Assembly (NCBI GenBank): GCA_965178125.1
Contig: OZ237737.1
Span: forward strand, 1,178,001 to 1,242,000
Length of the DNA stretch: 64,000 bases
Source: Bilabrum cf. latius
Lineage: Eukaryota
Direction of reading: 5' to 3'
Shown piece by piece: positions 1 to 12,000 of this stretch. A model generated the notes under the pieces. That model made no database searches. It was not told the origin of the DNA and worked only from the letters and a program-made list of their open reading frames with translations. The translations under genes were made by a program, and so were the position numbers. Numbering within the stretch: position 1 is the first letter of the stretch; every line of letters starts with the position of its first letter.

Positions 1-3000
1 TTGGCCTCCTGCTGCCTCCTCAGCAGGTCCTGCACCACGGGCCAGCTCAGTGCCTCGGGCCACCCGTGCTCGCCCGTCTAGGCCATCAGCACTTGGTCGA
101 TCTCCACATCCTCGGCGTGGAACTCGGTCTCGCCACCCGACTGCGCCAGCTGCTTGGCCTTCCTCTGGGCCTTCAAGAACATCGGGTTCGTCTGCGCCGC
201 GGCACCCACCTCCAGATCATCTGGCGCATCCTTACCGCCGGACTTGCCACGGTCACCCGTGAAGCGCATCGACTTCTCGCGCTTGGCCTTCTCCTCAGCC
301 GACTCGCAGCTGAACGTGTTGCGGGCCACGTCCGGACACAGCGCATTGCTGAACTCGTAGAACAGCACGATGGCCAGGTACACCAGACTCGTGATCACGA
401 TGACCATCGTCAGGATCGCAGCGGAGTCGCGCTGGGCCTCGAAGCCCGGACGCTGCAGGTACTCCGACTCGAAGATGATGCCGGCCAGGCACACCAGGAT
501 GCAGCTGAACAGCAGCACAGCCTCCACCGTGTTGGCGTCGAAAGCCACCTCGCTCGCAAGCGTGCCCAGCGGCTTGCCCTCCTGCGCCCGCCTCCACAGG
601 TTGCGGTGCATCTCCAGCCGCTTCTGGTCTCGCAGTACCTTGGAGATGTTGTTGGCCAGCAAGCTGTGCAGCGCGTCGTGCTGCTGCTCCACCATCACGC
701 GATGCTGCTTCACCACGTTGTCCTTCGTGGCTTGACCCGCCATGTACGGCAAGTACCTCACATGCAAAGCGTAGCAGCAGATCAGCACCAGCAGAAGCAC
801 CGCCAGCTGGAACACAACGTTGCGCCGGAACAGCAGCGCGGTCACGGCGATGCAGAACTTTCGCGCGATGATCACCAGGTTCCAGTAGATGAAGTTGATC
901 TGGAAGTAGTAGTACAGCCGACCCACGCTCCTGCGCAGCAAGTTCGTGTTGGGCCCGGTCAGTGTGTCATCGCCCAGACCGTATGCCCGCAACAGCTGGT
1001 CCTCCTGCATCACGCGGTAGTTGCGCCACAGCAGGATAGACACGAACAGAGGGAAGCCCACCGTGTACACCACAAAGCCAATGATGGCGAACGGCAGCAG
1101 CTGCAAGTGCAGCCCACCGCGCTCGTAGCAAGGCTCAAACACGTCGTCCATATACAGCTTCTCGCTGCCGTCGGGGTTCAGCTCGGCGGGGTCCGTGGGG
1201 TTGCAGTTGAAGATCGAAAACACGCTCTGAGTCAGCATCAGGTACAGCACGAAGCAGCCCGTCGTGAACACAGACACAAGCTTGTCCATGTGCGTGCAGC
1301 AGCTCTCCTGCAGCTTGCGGCCCATGAGTAGCAGCTTGTTCAGAGACAGCATCACGTGCACCACCATCAGAATGGCCAGTGCCGCCACGGGTAGCAGCAT
1401 CAGCGCCGCCCACTTCAGACCGAAGCTCAGGCTCGGTACCATGCACTCGGGGGCCGTGATCTCCAGGTTGAGGTTGAACGCTGACAGGATCGTGAACAGG
1501 TCGCGCAGCAGGTTAGGGAAAGCAATGCGAGACGTGCTGAAGATGGCCAGCACCTGCATATAGTCCACGGCGATCATCAGAGTGGACAGCGTCAGGTTGC
1601 GCTTGTTCAGGTAGTACCCCAGCGAGCATGCCAGGATTGCACCCACCACGAACACCGCCACGATGATCTCGGGGTTCTGGGGGCACTTGGCGCACCGACC
1701 GGCCAGCTTGTAGTGGTTGGGGGCGCACTGCGAGCACCGCTCTCCGGCGTAGTTGCTGGCGCACATGTTGTTCCCCACGCACGCGTCCTGCGGCTCGCAA
1801 GCCAGCACCACATGGCACACATAGTCAGGCCCAAACCGTGCCCGCTCATCGGGGCAGTAGATGTTGCCCCGCTCCGAGTTCGCGGGATCCAGGTACAGCC
1901 ACCACCCAGCCGTGGCCACGGGCAGGTAGTCGTGGTCCTCGAAGCATGCGCCACCCTCGGGACACGGCACGCACAGCTCGCCGGCACGGCCGTAGAAGCC
2001 GGTGCCAGGGGTCACGCCAGCCTGGATGCCGGCCGCCTTGGCCATGCTCAGGGCAGTGGTCTGGGCCGCGTTGAGGACCGAAGGGGGAGGCGTCGTGCTG
2101 CTGCCGTTTGCGCCACCCAACGCCTGCTCCTGCCCAGCCTGCTGCGCTACAAGGCCCAGCAGCTCGTCCTCGCTGAAGCCGTACTCCTGGAGCGCGAGAG
2201 AGTACGCCTGGTCATACTGGCCCCAGTCCACAGAGCCGCCCTGGCACCTCGCCCAGTACACGAAGCTCGACCCAGTCGCCAGCGTGTTCTCGTCAGAGTC
2301 CACAGACAGCTGCACCGCCTGCGCTGCCACGTCCATGCTGATGTTCTTCAGTCCCACAGTGTCCCGAGGCGCATCGCACACCAACGCGCGACCTGCGGCC
2401 ACGGCACCTGGCGGGGGCCCGCTGCCAGAAGAGTCCTGGGCAGTGGCGCCATTCGATGCCCGGGCCTGCCTGGCAGCAGCATCGGCCGACACATCGCGCA
2501 CCTCGGAGCACTCCAGCCCGCCCACCATCACCGACAGATTCGCGGCCAGGATCGTGCCAGTGGCATCGGCGAAGTTCGCCCCGTAGAATGTCACCGTGTC
2601 TCCGCTGGCATCCGCCGGGAAAGGGCTCATGTAGTCGATGCGAGGCGGATCGTACGAAAAGTCGATCACCGATCCATCGGAATCCAGCAGCCGGTTGGAT
2701 CGCTGCGGGGCATCGTACCCGGTGAATACCGCGATGGCCAGCATCGTGCCGATCCCGTCCGGCATCGTGCACTCGATCTCGTCATGGCCCCAAGACGGCA
2801 CCAGCCCCGCAGGCTGGTCCTCCACGCACTCCTTCCAACGAGCCGGGAAGCGACCGCCATCGATGTCAGTAGGATCGAACACCGTGGCATCGCGCTGCTC
2901 GTTGTGCGCGATCAGCACACGGCGCCTGAAACGGTACAGGTAGCGCGCGCGGCGAGCCTGCGCCACGGGCGACGTGTCTGCGACTGGGACGGACTGCAGC

Positions 3001-6000
3001 TCCCTGCGGCTGCTGCCCGCGTCATCATCGCCCGAGATGCCGGGCACCAAGGCCTCGTTGGCTCTCTGCATACCAAGCGACTCGCCCCGGATCCGGATGC
3101 GGAATCCACCCGTGGTCGCGCAGCAGCCCAGGTTGGCGCCCAGCGGATCACCGCGGTCGTCGTATACGCCGAGCACCTTGGGAGGCTGGTACGACAGAGG
3201 CAGCGAGACGGGTGATTCCAGCCCGGCAGATGTGATCCACACGCGGTTGGTGCGGCCCTCCCCCTCGGGCACTTCCACCACCACGCGGCGGTGCGAGTGG
3301 GACACCACGCGGGCATAGCGAGGAGTCGGGTCGGCCTGGTCCGTGCCCACTACTCGCACAGCGACCGCCCCTGCAGCGTATGCCTGCTCGGCATCCAGCA
3401 CAGTCAGGGTACCGGAGCCCAGTGCCAGCTGAGTGCCTAGCCCGGAGTTCTCGCCAGCCTGCAGATCAGGCCTCCTTGCCTCCAGCTCAGACCACAGCAT
3501 GGCCGACTGAAGGCTTCCGATGCGACGCAGGTGCGCCAGCGCTGCGGGCGAGGCAAATGACCGGCCCTCCAAGGTGAGGTTCACCGGCACGCGGGTCGGG
3601 GGTGCGCCAGGGGTCAGCCGCTGCACCATACCAGATGGGATAGCAGCGCGATCCAGGGCCTGCAGCACCGGTGGTGCATATGCAAACCGAGCACCAGCAT
3701 CAACGGGCCTAGAGCTCTGGCCCTACACAGACACGCGCACCCACTTCTGGTCACCTGCGCCCTCAGGCAGCTGCACCACCAGGCGCCGATCCGTGTGCAT
3801 CACCACCTGCATGGGCAGGCACTCCTCCATCGTGGACGGTGCCACGCCGGGCTGGTCCCGTGCGCTCTGCGGCTGGGCACCCAGGTCGCACAACTCTACC
3901 ACAGCAGGCCCGAACACCTCTGCGGCCTCGGTGCCAGCTGCCACGCTGGCCCAGTCGCGGCCAAAGCCGTCACCGTCGATCACCAGCGTCACGCGATCGC
4001 CCGACTCGGTCGGGTACGTTGCAATGTCAAAGTCACCAGACCCAGACCCGCCCGTTCGGCTGCCATGGTATGCCTCGTCTCCAGCATCGGGGGCGCTCAC
4101 AGTCACGCTGTCCACGCGAGGCCGCATGTAGTCGAAGCGCGGACTGGGCGGGGGCGCAGGCGGGCCAGTGCCGCCCACACGGTTGTCCTCGGATGACGCC
4201 AGAGGACCACCGAAGCCAGCAGCAGATGACAACGAGAAGCCGTCCTCCAGAGGGGCCAGCTGAGGCAGGCCCACATCCATCACCAGTCGCCATCCAGTGC
4301 CCTGCCCAGCTGGCAGCTCCGCAGTCACGGCATCATCTGTCCAGGACACCACGCGCAGATAGTTCCGCGTCTCGGATGCACGCCCAGGGAACTGCTTCAC
4401 CAGTGCCAGTCGACCCAGAGGGGGGCTCAGAGCCTGTGTGGACTCGGCAGACGGCAGACCGACCGACCCAGGAGAGGCCGAGTCGGCGCGCCACACGCAG
4501 TCAGGGAAGCGGCAGCGGGCGCGGCAGCCAAGCACGGGACCTCCGCCGGGCCCGCCAGTGGGAGCCACCACGAACTGCTCGCATCCTGAAGACACGGCGC
4601 ACCCACCTGGCCACATGCGGGCGCCAGTGCCGGGTGAAGCAGGGTCGAACGTGCCAGAGCGGCACTGCGCGTCAATCGCAGACCAGTTGCCGAAGTCCTG
4701 TCCGCGGATCGTGATGAGAGTTCTAGCTGTTCCCTCGACGGGAGCGTCAGGCATGGCAGGGTCGGTCGCCACGAAGCCCACCTGTGTCAGCGTGGGCACT
4801 GGCGTGGACGATCCAGACGAGCCTGAGCCTGAGCCAGAGCCAGAGCCCGAGCCAGACGTGCTGCTGTCGTTGTTAAGCTACCGCGCGAACAGCAGCCGGC
4901 TCGATGCAGTGCCCGATGCCACTGTACCAGATGTACGGATCACAATGGGCGAGCTGGCGCTGCCGGGACCAGTCGAGCCGGCCATCCAAGCCACGGTCGC
5001 GGTGTCGCTGCCCTGCGATGGCACGCTCACCTCGCCCAGACGAGGCTCCCGGAAATGCACCGTGATGCGCTCGCCCGGCTGCGTGTCGGACAGCACCTGC
5101 ACGGCGCGAGACCGACCGAAGCCGCGCGGCACCTCGCATCGCACCGTGTAGATCTCATCACCGGGACCCACGGTCTCCACAGTCTGCGGAAGGTACGCGC
5201 GAGGCATCGCGGTGGGCGTGCCCGACTGTCCGATGCGGTGGTCGCACGAAGGGCACAACGACTCGTCAAGCGAGCAGTCACTGCAGAATGTCCGGCTGTC
5301 CGGTGGCGGGATGCACCGCGCGCCGTCCACAGTGATGGATGCCCGGGCTCCGAAGAAGCGACCGCGCAGCTCCAGCACGTACGTGCCGTTGGAGTACAGG
5401 ATGCTCTGCTCCTCCAGGCCGTCGCGCAGGGAAGGAAGCAGCTCGGCCGGGAAGTCTGTGAACTGCGCAGCCGGACTGCGGCGCCCAGTGCGGTCCACGA
5501 TTGTGATGTTGCCGCTGCGGCGGCCCTGCGTGGCCGCGCCGCGCTCCAGCAGCCTGTACGTGCAGTTGACCATCGTATGCTCCTTGGGCGGGTCGCACCG
5601 GAGCGAGCTCAGCAGGTCGGCCGGGGCAGCCTCATCGTCGTCCTCGCCAGTGGCCAGGGCATCGTGCACCGACCCATCCTCGCCCATCAGCACCACGCGG
5701 GGCACAAGGCCCAGATCCCGACCCTCGATCTCCAGCAGCAGCACAGTGTCGTCGCCAGCCAGTTTGCCCACACGGACAGCCTCAATCAGAGGCTCGTTGT
5801 ACCTCAGCTCGGCAGGCACGGAGAACTGGCGATCCACGCCGGTCACCGGCCCGGCCGTGCGAGGAGTGTCATCTGGTCCAGTCGACACGACCAGGTCCAG
5901 AGGGCCTCCCTCTCCAGCCGGGAGCTGCACACGCACCAAATGCCTCTGGCGGTACCACGTCTCCGTCACCCTCCATGCATCGGGCTGCTGGGCAGCACCG

Positions 6001-9000
6001 CCGAGCGGGTTGGGGGCATCACGAGACACGCGCGGGTCCGAAGTACTGCTGAACACGGGCTCCATGATCACGCGCCGCAGGAACCGCTCTCCGCTGCGCA
6101 GTGCCGGAGCATCGTCCGCGCCGGTCTCTTCATGCACCCAGTAAGACCGGATGGGGAATCCATACCCAACAGGGATAGGCAGCTGTCCCCCAGGGGGAAC
6201 CACCCCGTCCTGCACAGGCTCGCCCGCCGCCTCCGCAGCGACAGCAGCCCGCCTAGCATCATCTGAGGCCTTGGCCGATGTGACCAGCACGGCCTTCTGG
6301 GCATCATCCAGCACCTTGCCGCTCGCATCCACAGAGAAGTTGCCGAACTGCATCGACACGGTGCGGTTGGGAGATGCATTGGAGTCGATCCGGTGAGCCG
6401 CGTCCGTGAACAGCACAGCATCTGGCAGCAGCACCACCCCGTTCAGCACAACGTCCACACGGGCGGCGGGGTCGCGGAGGCCAAAGTCCCGGCCGATGAT
6501 CTCGATCGGGACACCGCCCGCAGTGGGCACGTCCTCCACTCCCAGGAACACCTGCACAGAACCACCGGCCCCAGCGGCCGCGGCCTCCTCCGCAGTCACC
6601 CGACCATCCGGGCTCACGGACCCGATGTTCGGAGCAGCGTATCCAGCCGCGGTGTTGTTGCTCACACCACCACCAGACGGCACGCCCACGCCTCCAGCGC
6701 CGGGCCCGACGTACCCACCCACGCCCACAGGCGCGCGAGGATCCGACGGCAGCGACGCCTGCCCCTCCACGCTCACGATCCACCTCACGGACGCTCCCAC
6801 TCCAGGAGCAGTCACGCACCGGATCATCGTGTGGCTCATCACCTCGCACTCAGTTGCCGTGTACTCCTGCCCAGATGGACCGTACGTGACGTAATCCAGG
6901 AAGTCGCGCCCGTACAAAGACGTGACTGGCCCGAAGTTCTTGCCGCGGATGTGCACCATCTGCCTGCCGTCCGTCGATGCCTGCCTGGCTCCTGGCCCAT
7001 CCACCGAGTGGATCTCGGGCACGCCGTAGTCCGTGGCGGGCTGCACACTGGTCTGGTTGTCCACCACCACGGTCCACCGGAGGTCCTCGCCAGCACCCTC
7101 CGTGGTCATGCACGTCACCTCAACATGGGCCACACTCACGTAGCAGTCCCTTGCAGTGAACACAACTGGCGGGGGCAGCACGGTGGATCCGTCAGACGAC
7201 GTGGATCCCACCTCCTCGTCCTCGCCAGCCAGACTCGTGAACGGCCGCGAGTACGTCACCAGCTCGAGGTCGCCCATCTCGCCATCCACACCGGTACCGA
7301 AGTTGTCGCCGAGCACCACCACCTTCTGCCACCCGCGGGTGTCGGCATCGCGAGCACCGCTGACGATCACCTGAGTGCCGTTGATGCCTTCGATCACACG
7401 AGGGAACTGCGTGATCACCGGAGGCGCGTAGCTCACCTCCCGCAGCAGGGCGTTGGATCGCTGGCCAGCGATCGTTACACGAACTGCATGATCCCTTCCT
7501 GTGCCCGCCTGTGTGAAGCACTGTGCCTGCACAGATGCAGCGGTCACGTTACATAGCACGCCCTCGTAGTGCATCCACCACGACCCCTGCACCTCCTGTC
7601 CGCCATAGCTCAGCACAGGCGATGCACCACCGAAGGCAGCACCACCCAGCGGTCCCAGCTGGTGAGCCTCCACAGAGACTACCTGGCCACCGCGAGTTGG
7701 GCCACCGTCCCTGCCAGGACCGCCCACTGCGACCAGCACTGGGGGCCTGTAGTCCGTCCGGAGGAGCTGCTAATCGTAGGAAGTAGGAGATGTGGGGATG
7801 TCCGAAGGCAACCCGCCCACCTCCACTCTCCACAGATGCCCGGTACCCACGCCTGCCACAGATTGGCACCGCATCTCGACGTGAGCCACGGTCACCCGGC
7901 ACTGCATGGCCTCGTACAGGAAGCCTTCCAGAGGGGCACCGGCAGGGCCGTACATTGCGGTCAGAGGCTCCATCACACCGGTGCGCGTGCCGCGGCCCAG
8001 GTTGCTGCCTCTGAGGATCACCTCCTCGCCGCCAGTGGTGGACAGCCGGCGGGTGCGCTCCGCCAGCAAGTCATCCGTCACCAGCGGGTCCTCGGATAGA
8101 GTCCCGTTCCCGATCCCACGAGACACCTGCTGGGCCTTGTGCTCAGCGAACACCTCCCTCACCCACCCAAGGGCCACCACCTCCACAGACTACAAAGAAG
8201 GCAGCGCGAATCCGATCTGAGTCACCATGGGGCGCGACACCTGGCCCGCGATCTCCACCTCGAACGACAACTCGCTGCCGATTCCCTCGGGCATCTCGCA
8301 CTCCACACGGGAATGCGAAGCCGTCACAGCGCAGTTCCGCAGCGTATACACCACTGATGATCCATCCGACGTGCGATACGCAAACTCGTTGCCAGTAGCA
8401 TGAGCGCGCACGATCGGCACGGACGGCCACCCAACGGGTCCGAAGAAGTCTCCGTCGATCACGATGCGCCCCCCGCCAGCCGTGGGCAGCACCAGTCCGC
8501 TCGACACCAGGTTGTCAGACGCAGACGCGGCGGCGGTCACGCTCCCGATCACAGGTACCTCGTACGACGTCTGGAACTGGTCCTCGCCATCCAGCACAAC
8601 CGTCTCAGACACACTCAAGTCGTCCACCACGCGGATCGTCCACACGAACCCAGCGCCCGTGCCCACTGGAGCCTCGCACGTCAGCCTCGTGTTGCCGCGG
8701 GCAGGAGCTCCGCCCTCCGACGGGTCCCGGTCCACGTCAAGGTCGGTGGCCCCAATGGTGCACCCCGGCGATGTCAGATCCATCGTGCCCGGGAAGCCAG
8801 TCTCGCTCGGCAGCAGCGCGCGCTGCATGGTGGCAGTGACAGTGGCGCTGCCGCTGGCTGTGCTGCGGCGGTACGCAGTGGGTCCGATGTTGCTGCCGTC
8901 GATGATGGTCACGTTGCCAGCTGCCCGCTGCGCCGCGGTTGTACCCCTGGTATCATGGCGAGGACCAGACACCTGGATCAGAGACATGTCCTCCTCGTTC

Positions 9001-12000
9001 GACACAGTCACCGACACCGTGGCCACGGTCGAAGTCAGCGGGGCATCTGCGCCCTGGGAGAAGGAGTCCGTCACCGTCACGCCAAGGGTGTACGACGTGA
9101 TGTTCTCTCGGTCGATCAGCTGGGGCACGGCTGCTTGCAGCATACCGTCGTTGCCAACGGAGAAAGCGTTGTTCTCGTTGCCTGACACGATCGTGTACGT
9201 GAAGATCGTGCCTGAATCAACATCAGCTGCCACCAGCTGACCCACGGACTCCGCCTGCGAGGCATCTGGGTTCTCCTCCAGCGTGAAGGACGCATCCTGC
9301 AGGGTGGGTCGCTCATTGATGTCCACGATCGTGATGGTGATATTGCCGAAATCGTACAGGTTGCCCTCATCCTTGGCCTCCACTGCCAGCGCATGCTCCT
9401 CGCGCTCCTCGTGGTCGACGCAGTCCGCCGACAGCAGGCTCACCGTGGTGGTCCACTCCGTGGGGGACACGCCTGCACCCGTAGTGCGACTCGCGGATGA
9501 CAGACCGAAGCAAACAGACGGCTGCATGTTGGTGGTCGGATCCAGCAGCCTCAGGGTCAGGGCGGTGTTCAAGTCTTCGTCCCGGATGTCTACAGTGCCC
9601 ACAGCAGTGGAGGCAGTGGCATTCTCCAGGAGAGAGAAGGCGCCGCCACCCACAGAAGGATACTCGGCCACGTCGGTCACTGTGATGTTCACATGGCCAG
9701 CAGTCTGCAGCCGCCCATCACCGTCGTCCTGCGCTGTGAAGAACACCCGGTAGAACGTCTCGTCCTCAAAGTCAAGACCGGTTCCAGCAAGCATCAGCTG
9801 CCCAGACCGAGTCAGCTCGAACAGCGAGGCGCCCAGCTCTGGCTCCACTCTATCGAGAAGGAAGTCCAGGTTGTCGTTGTCCTGGTCCGTACCCAGGGGC
9901 GTGCTGCCCGCGGGCTCGCCGTTCAGCAGCACGGTGCCAGTGAGCGTGGACTCGGGGAAGGTGACCTCCCGCGATGTGACGTCCGGGTTGAAGTTGCTGT
10001 CCAGCAGTCGGATCTGCACGGTGCCCTCGCCCGAGAGCCCCTCTGGATCCGTGACTCGCACTGTCATGTTCCAAGCCTTGAGCACACTGGAAGTGAAGCT
10101 GGGGGCTTCTGCGCTCAGGTACACCGTGCCGTCAGGACGGAGCGCGATCCAGGTCAGGTCAATATGCTTGGTGACGATCGTGTAGTTCAAGTTGGACCGG
10201 TGAGGCACGTTGTTTCTGTTGTCAACGTCTTCTCCCTGCAAGCGAGGGGCCAGCTCCGTCTCAACCGCGGTCTGCTCTCGCACACCGATGTTGTGGTATG
10301 GCAACCACGGGTTCTCGTTCACGTCATCCACGATGACTGTGACGAGGACCGGGTCGCTCTTGGCTCCCTGCGGATCCGTGGCGATGATGGACACCGACTT
10401 GAACACCCCGCTGCTCTCAAAGTCGTATCCTCCGACCGGCACCGTGCCACCAGATGCGGCATTTGTCTGCAGCGTCAGCACACCGGAGCTGCTGATTGCA
10501 AAGTCAGAGGCCTGGGTGTTGTTGGCATCCGTGTCGATCTCGAAGGTGAGACCGGACGTATCGGATGCCCCGTCAGGATCAGTGCCCACCACGGTGCCAA
10601 GGGTGACAGGGGGAGCGTCGTTCTCATCCACGTTATAGGACTAATCCTCCGTGACCGATGGAGCCTCGTTCACGTTCAGCACCGTGATGTTGAAGGTTGC
10701 AGACACCTTGGCTCCCTGGCTGTCCTCAAGCTCGAGGGTAACGCGGTGGTAGGCAGATGTCTCGAAGTCCAGCTCTTGGCCCAGCCGAAGTGTGCGAGTG
10801 TCCTGGTCTACCAGAAACGGCTGATCCGCCATCACAAAACCACCTGCATCAATGCTCAGCACGCGCAGGGTGTGTGACTGCTGCTTGGGGGTAGTGGTCA
10901 GGAAGCGGCCCTCGTTGTCAGGGTCCGTGAAGTTCACAGCAGCACCCACTACATCGCCCACGCCCAGCGTCTCGTGCACGGTGACGCCCTGCGGCATCAG
11001 CACCGGATCCTCGTTCACCGCGGTCACCGCAATGGTCACGCTGGTGGTCGTGGACAAACGGTTCGAGTTGTCGTTGTCCAGCCCAGAGTCCTGCACCGTG
11101 ATGTCGATCTCGTGCGATGCTGCCGTCTCGAAGTCCAGGCCCTGGGTGCCTGCACCATCCACCGCTCCCGCGCTCGAGACGGTGATCCGCCCCGTGGAAG
11201 AATCAATCGCGAAAAAGCTGGCCTGACTGCCACCCGAAATCGAGTATGTCAGCGTGCTTGGGTCATCTTCGTCGTCAGCAGACACGGTGCCCACCTCGCC
11301 TCCCTAGTTGGCACCCTCGCTGATCTTGAGGCCGATGAGCGTGATGGGCGTGAACACCGGCGCCTCGTTTCCATTGAGTGCCGTGATGGTGACGGACTGC
11401 TTGATGCCGATCTCTCCGTCGTTCGCCTCCACCTCGATCGAAAAGGTGCGCTCGCCTTGGATCTCGTAGTTGAGTTGGGAGCAGTCGGCCACCGTTATGG
11501 TGCCTGTCGAGCTGCCAATGGCAAACGCGCTGCGGTCATTTCGCGAGATACTGTACGTGATCGTGGTGCCGGCATCAGCGTCAGTGGCCTGCACGCCCTT
11601 GTCCGTGGAGGATAGGCCGTCGCCGTCCGAGCACGTCTCGATGGCACTGAACACGTAGTTGGTGCGCACCCACGTGGGCGGCTCGTTGCGGTTGATGATG
11701 TTGATCGTCACCGTGGTCTGGGCAGACAGCTCGGGATTCCCGTCGTCCACCACCCTGACCACCAGCGAGTATCGATTCACCGTCTCGAAGTCCAGGCCCT
11801 CTTTGGCCACGCTGATCAGCCCAGAGCACCGACTGATCCGGAAGAAGCCGTCGTCGTTGCCCGACACAATGGAGAACAGTAGCTCCTGGAATTGATCCTC
11901 GTCCGACGCTCCGATCTCGTCGCCCACGGGGGTGTCGATCTCGGAGCCCTCCTCCACTGATCGCACTGGGCTGCTCTCCAGCACAGGCGGGTCGTTGCGG

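Noticed and set aside
66-1331. Long antisense or alternate-frame ORFs (also 1713-3215, 5055-6266, 21745-23040, 30658-32334, 54558-55622, 62407-63441)
   Set aside because: Shadow ORFs of GC-rich, codon-biased genes with no recognisable motifs.
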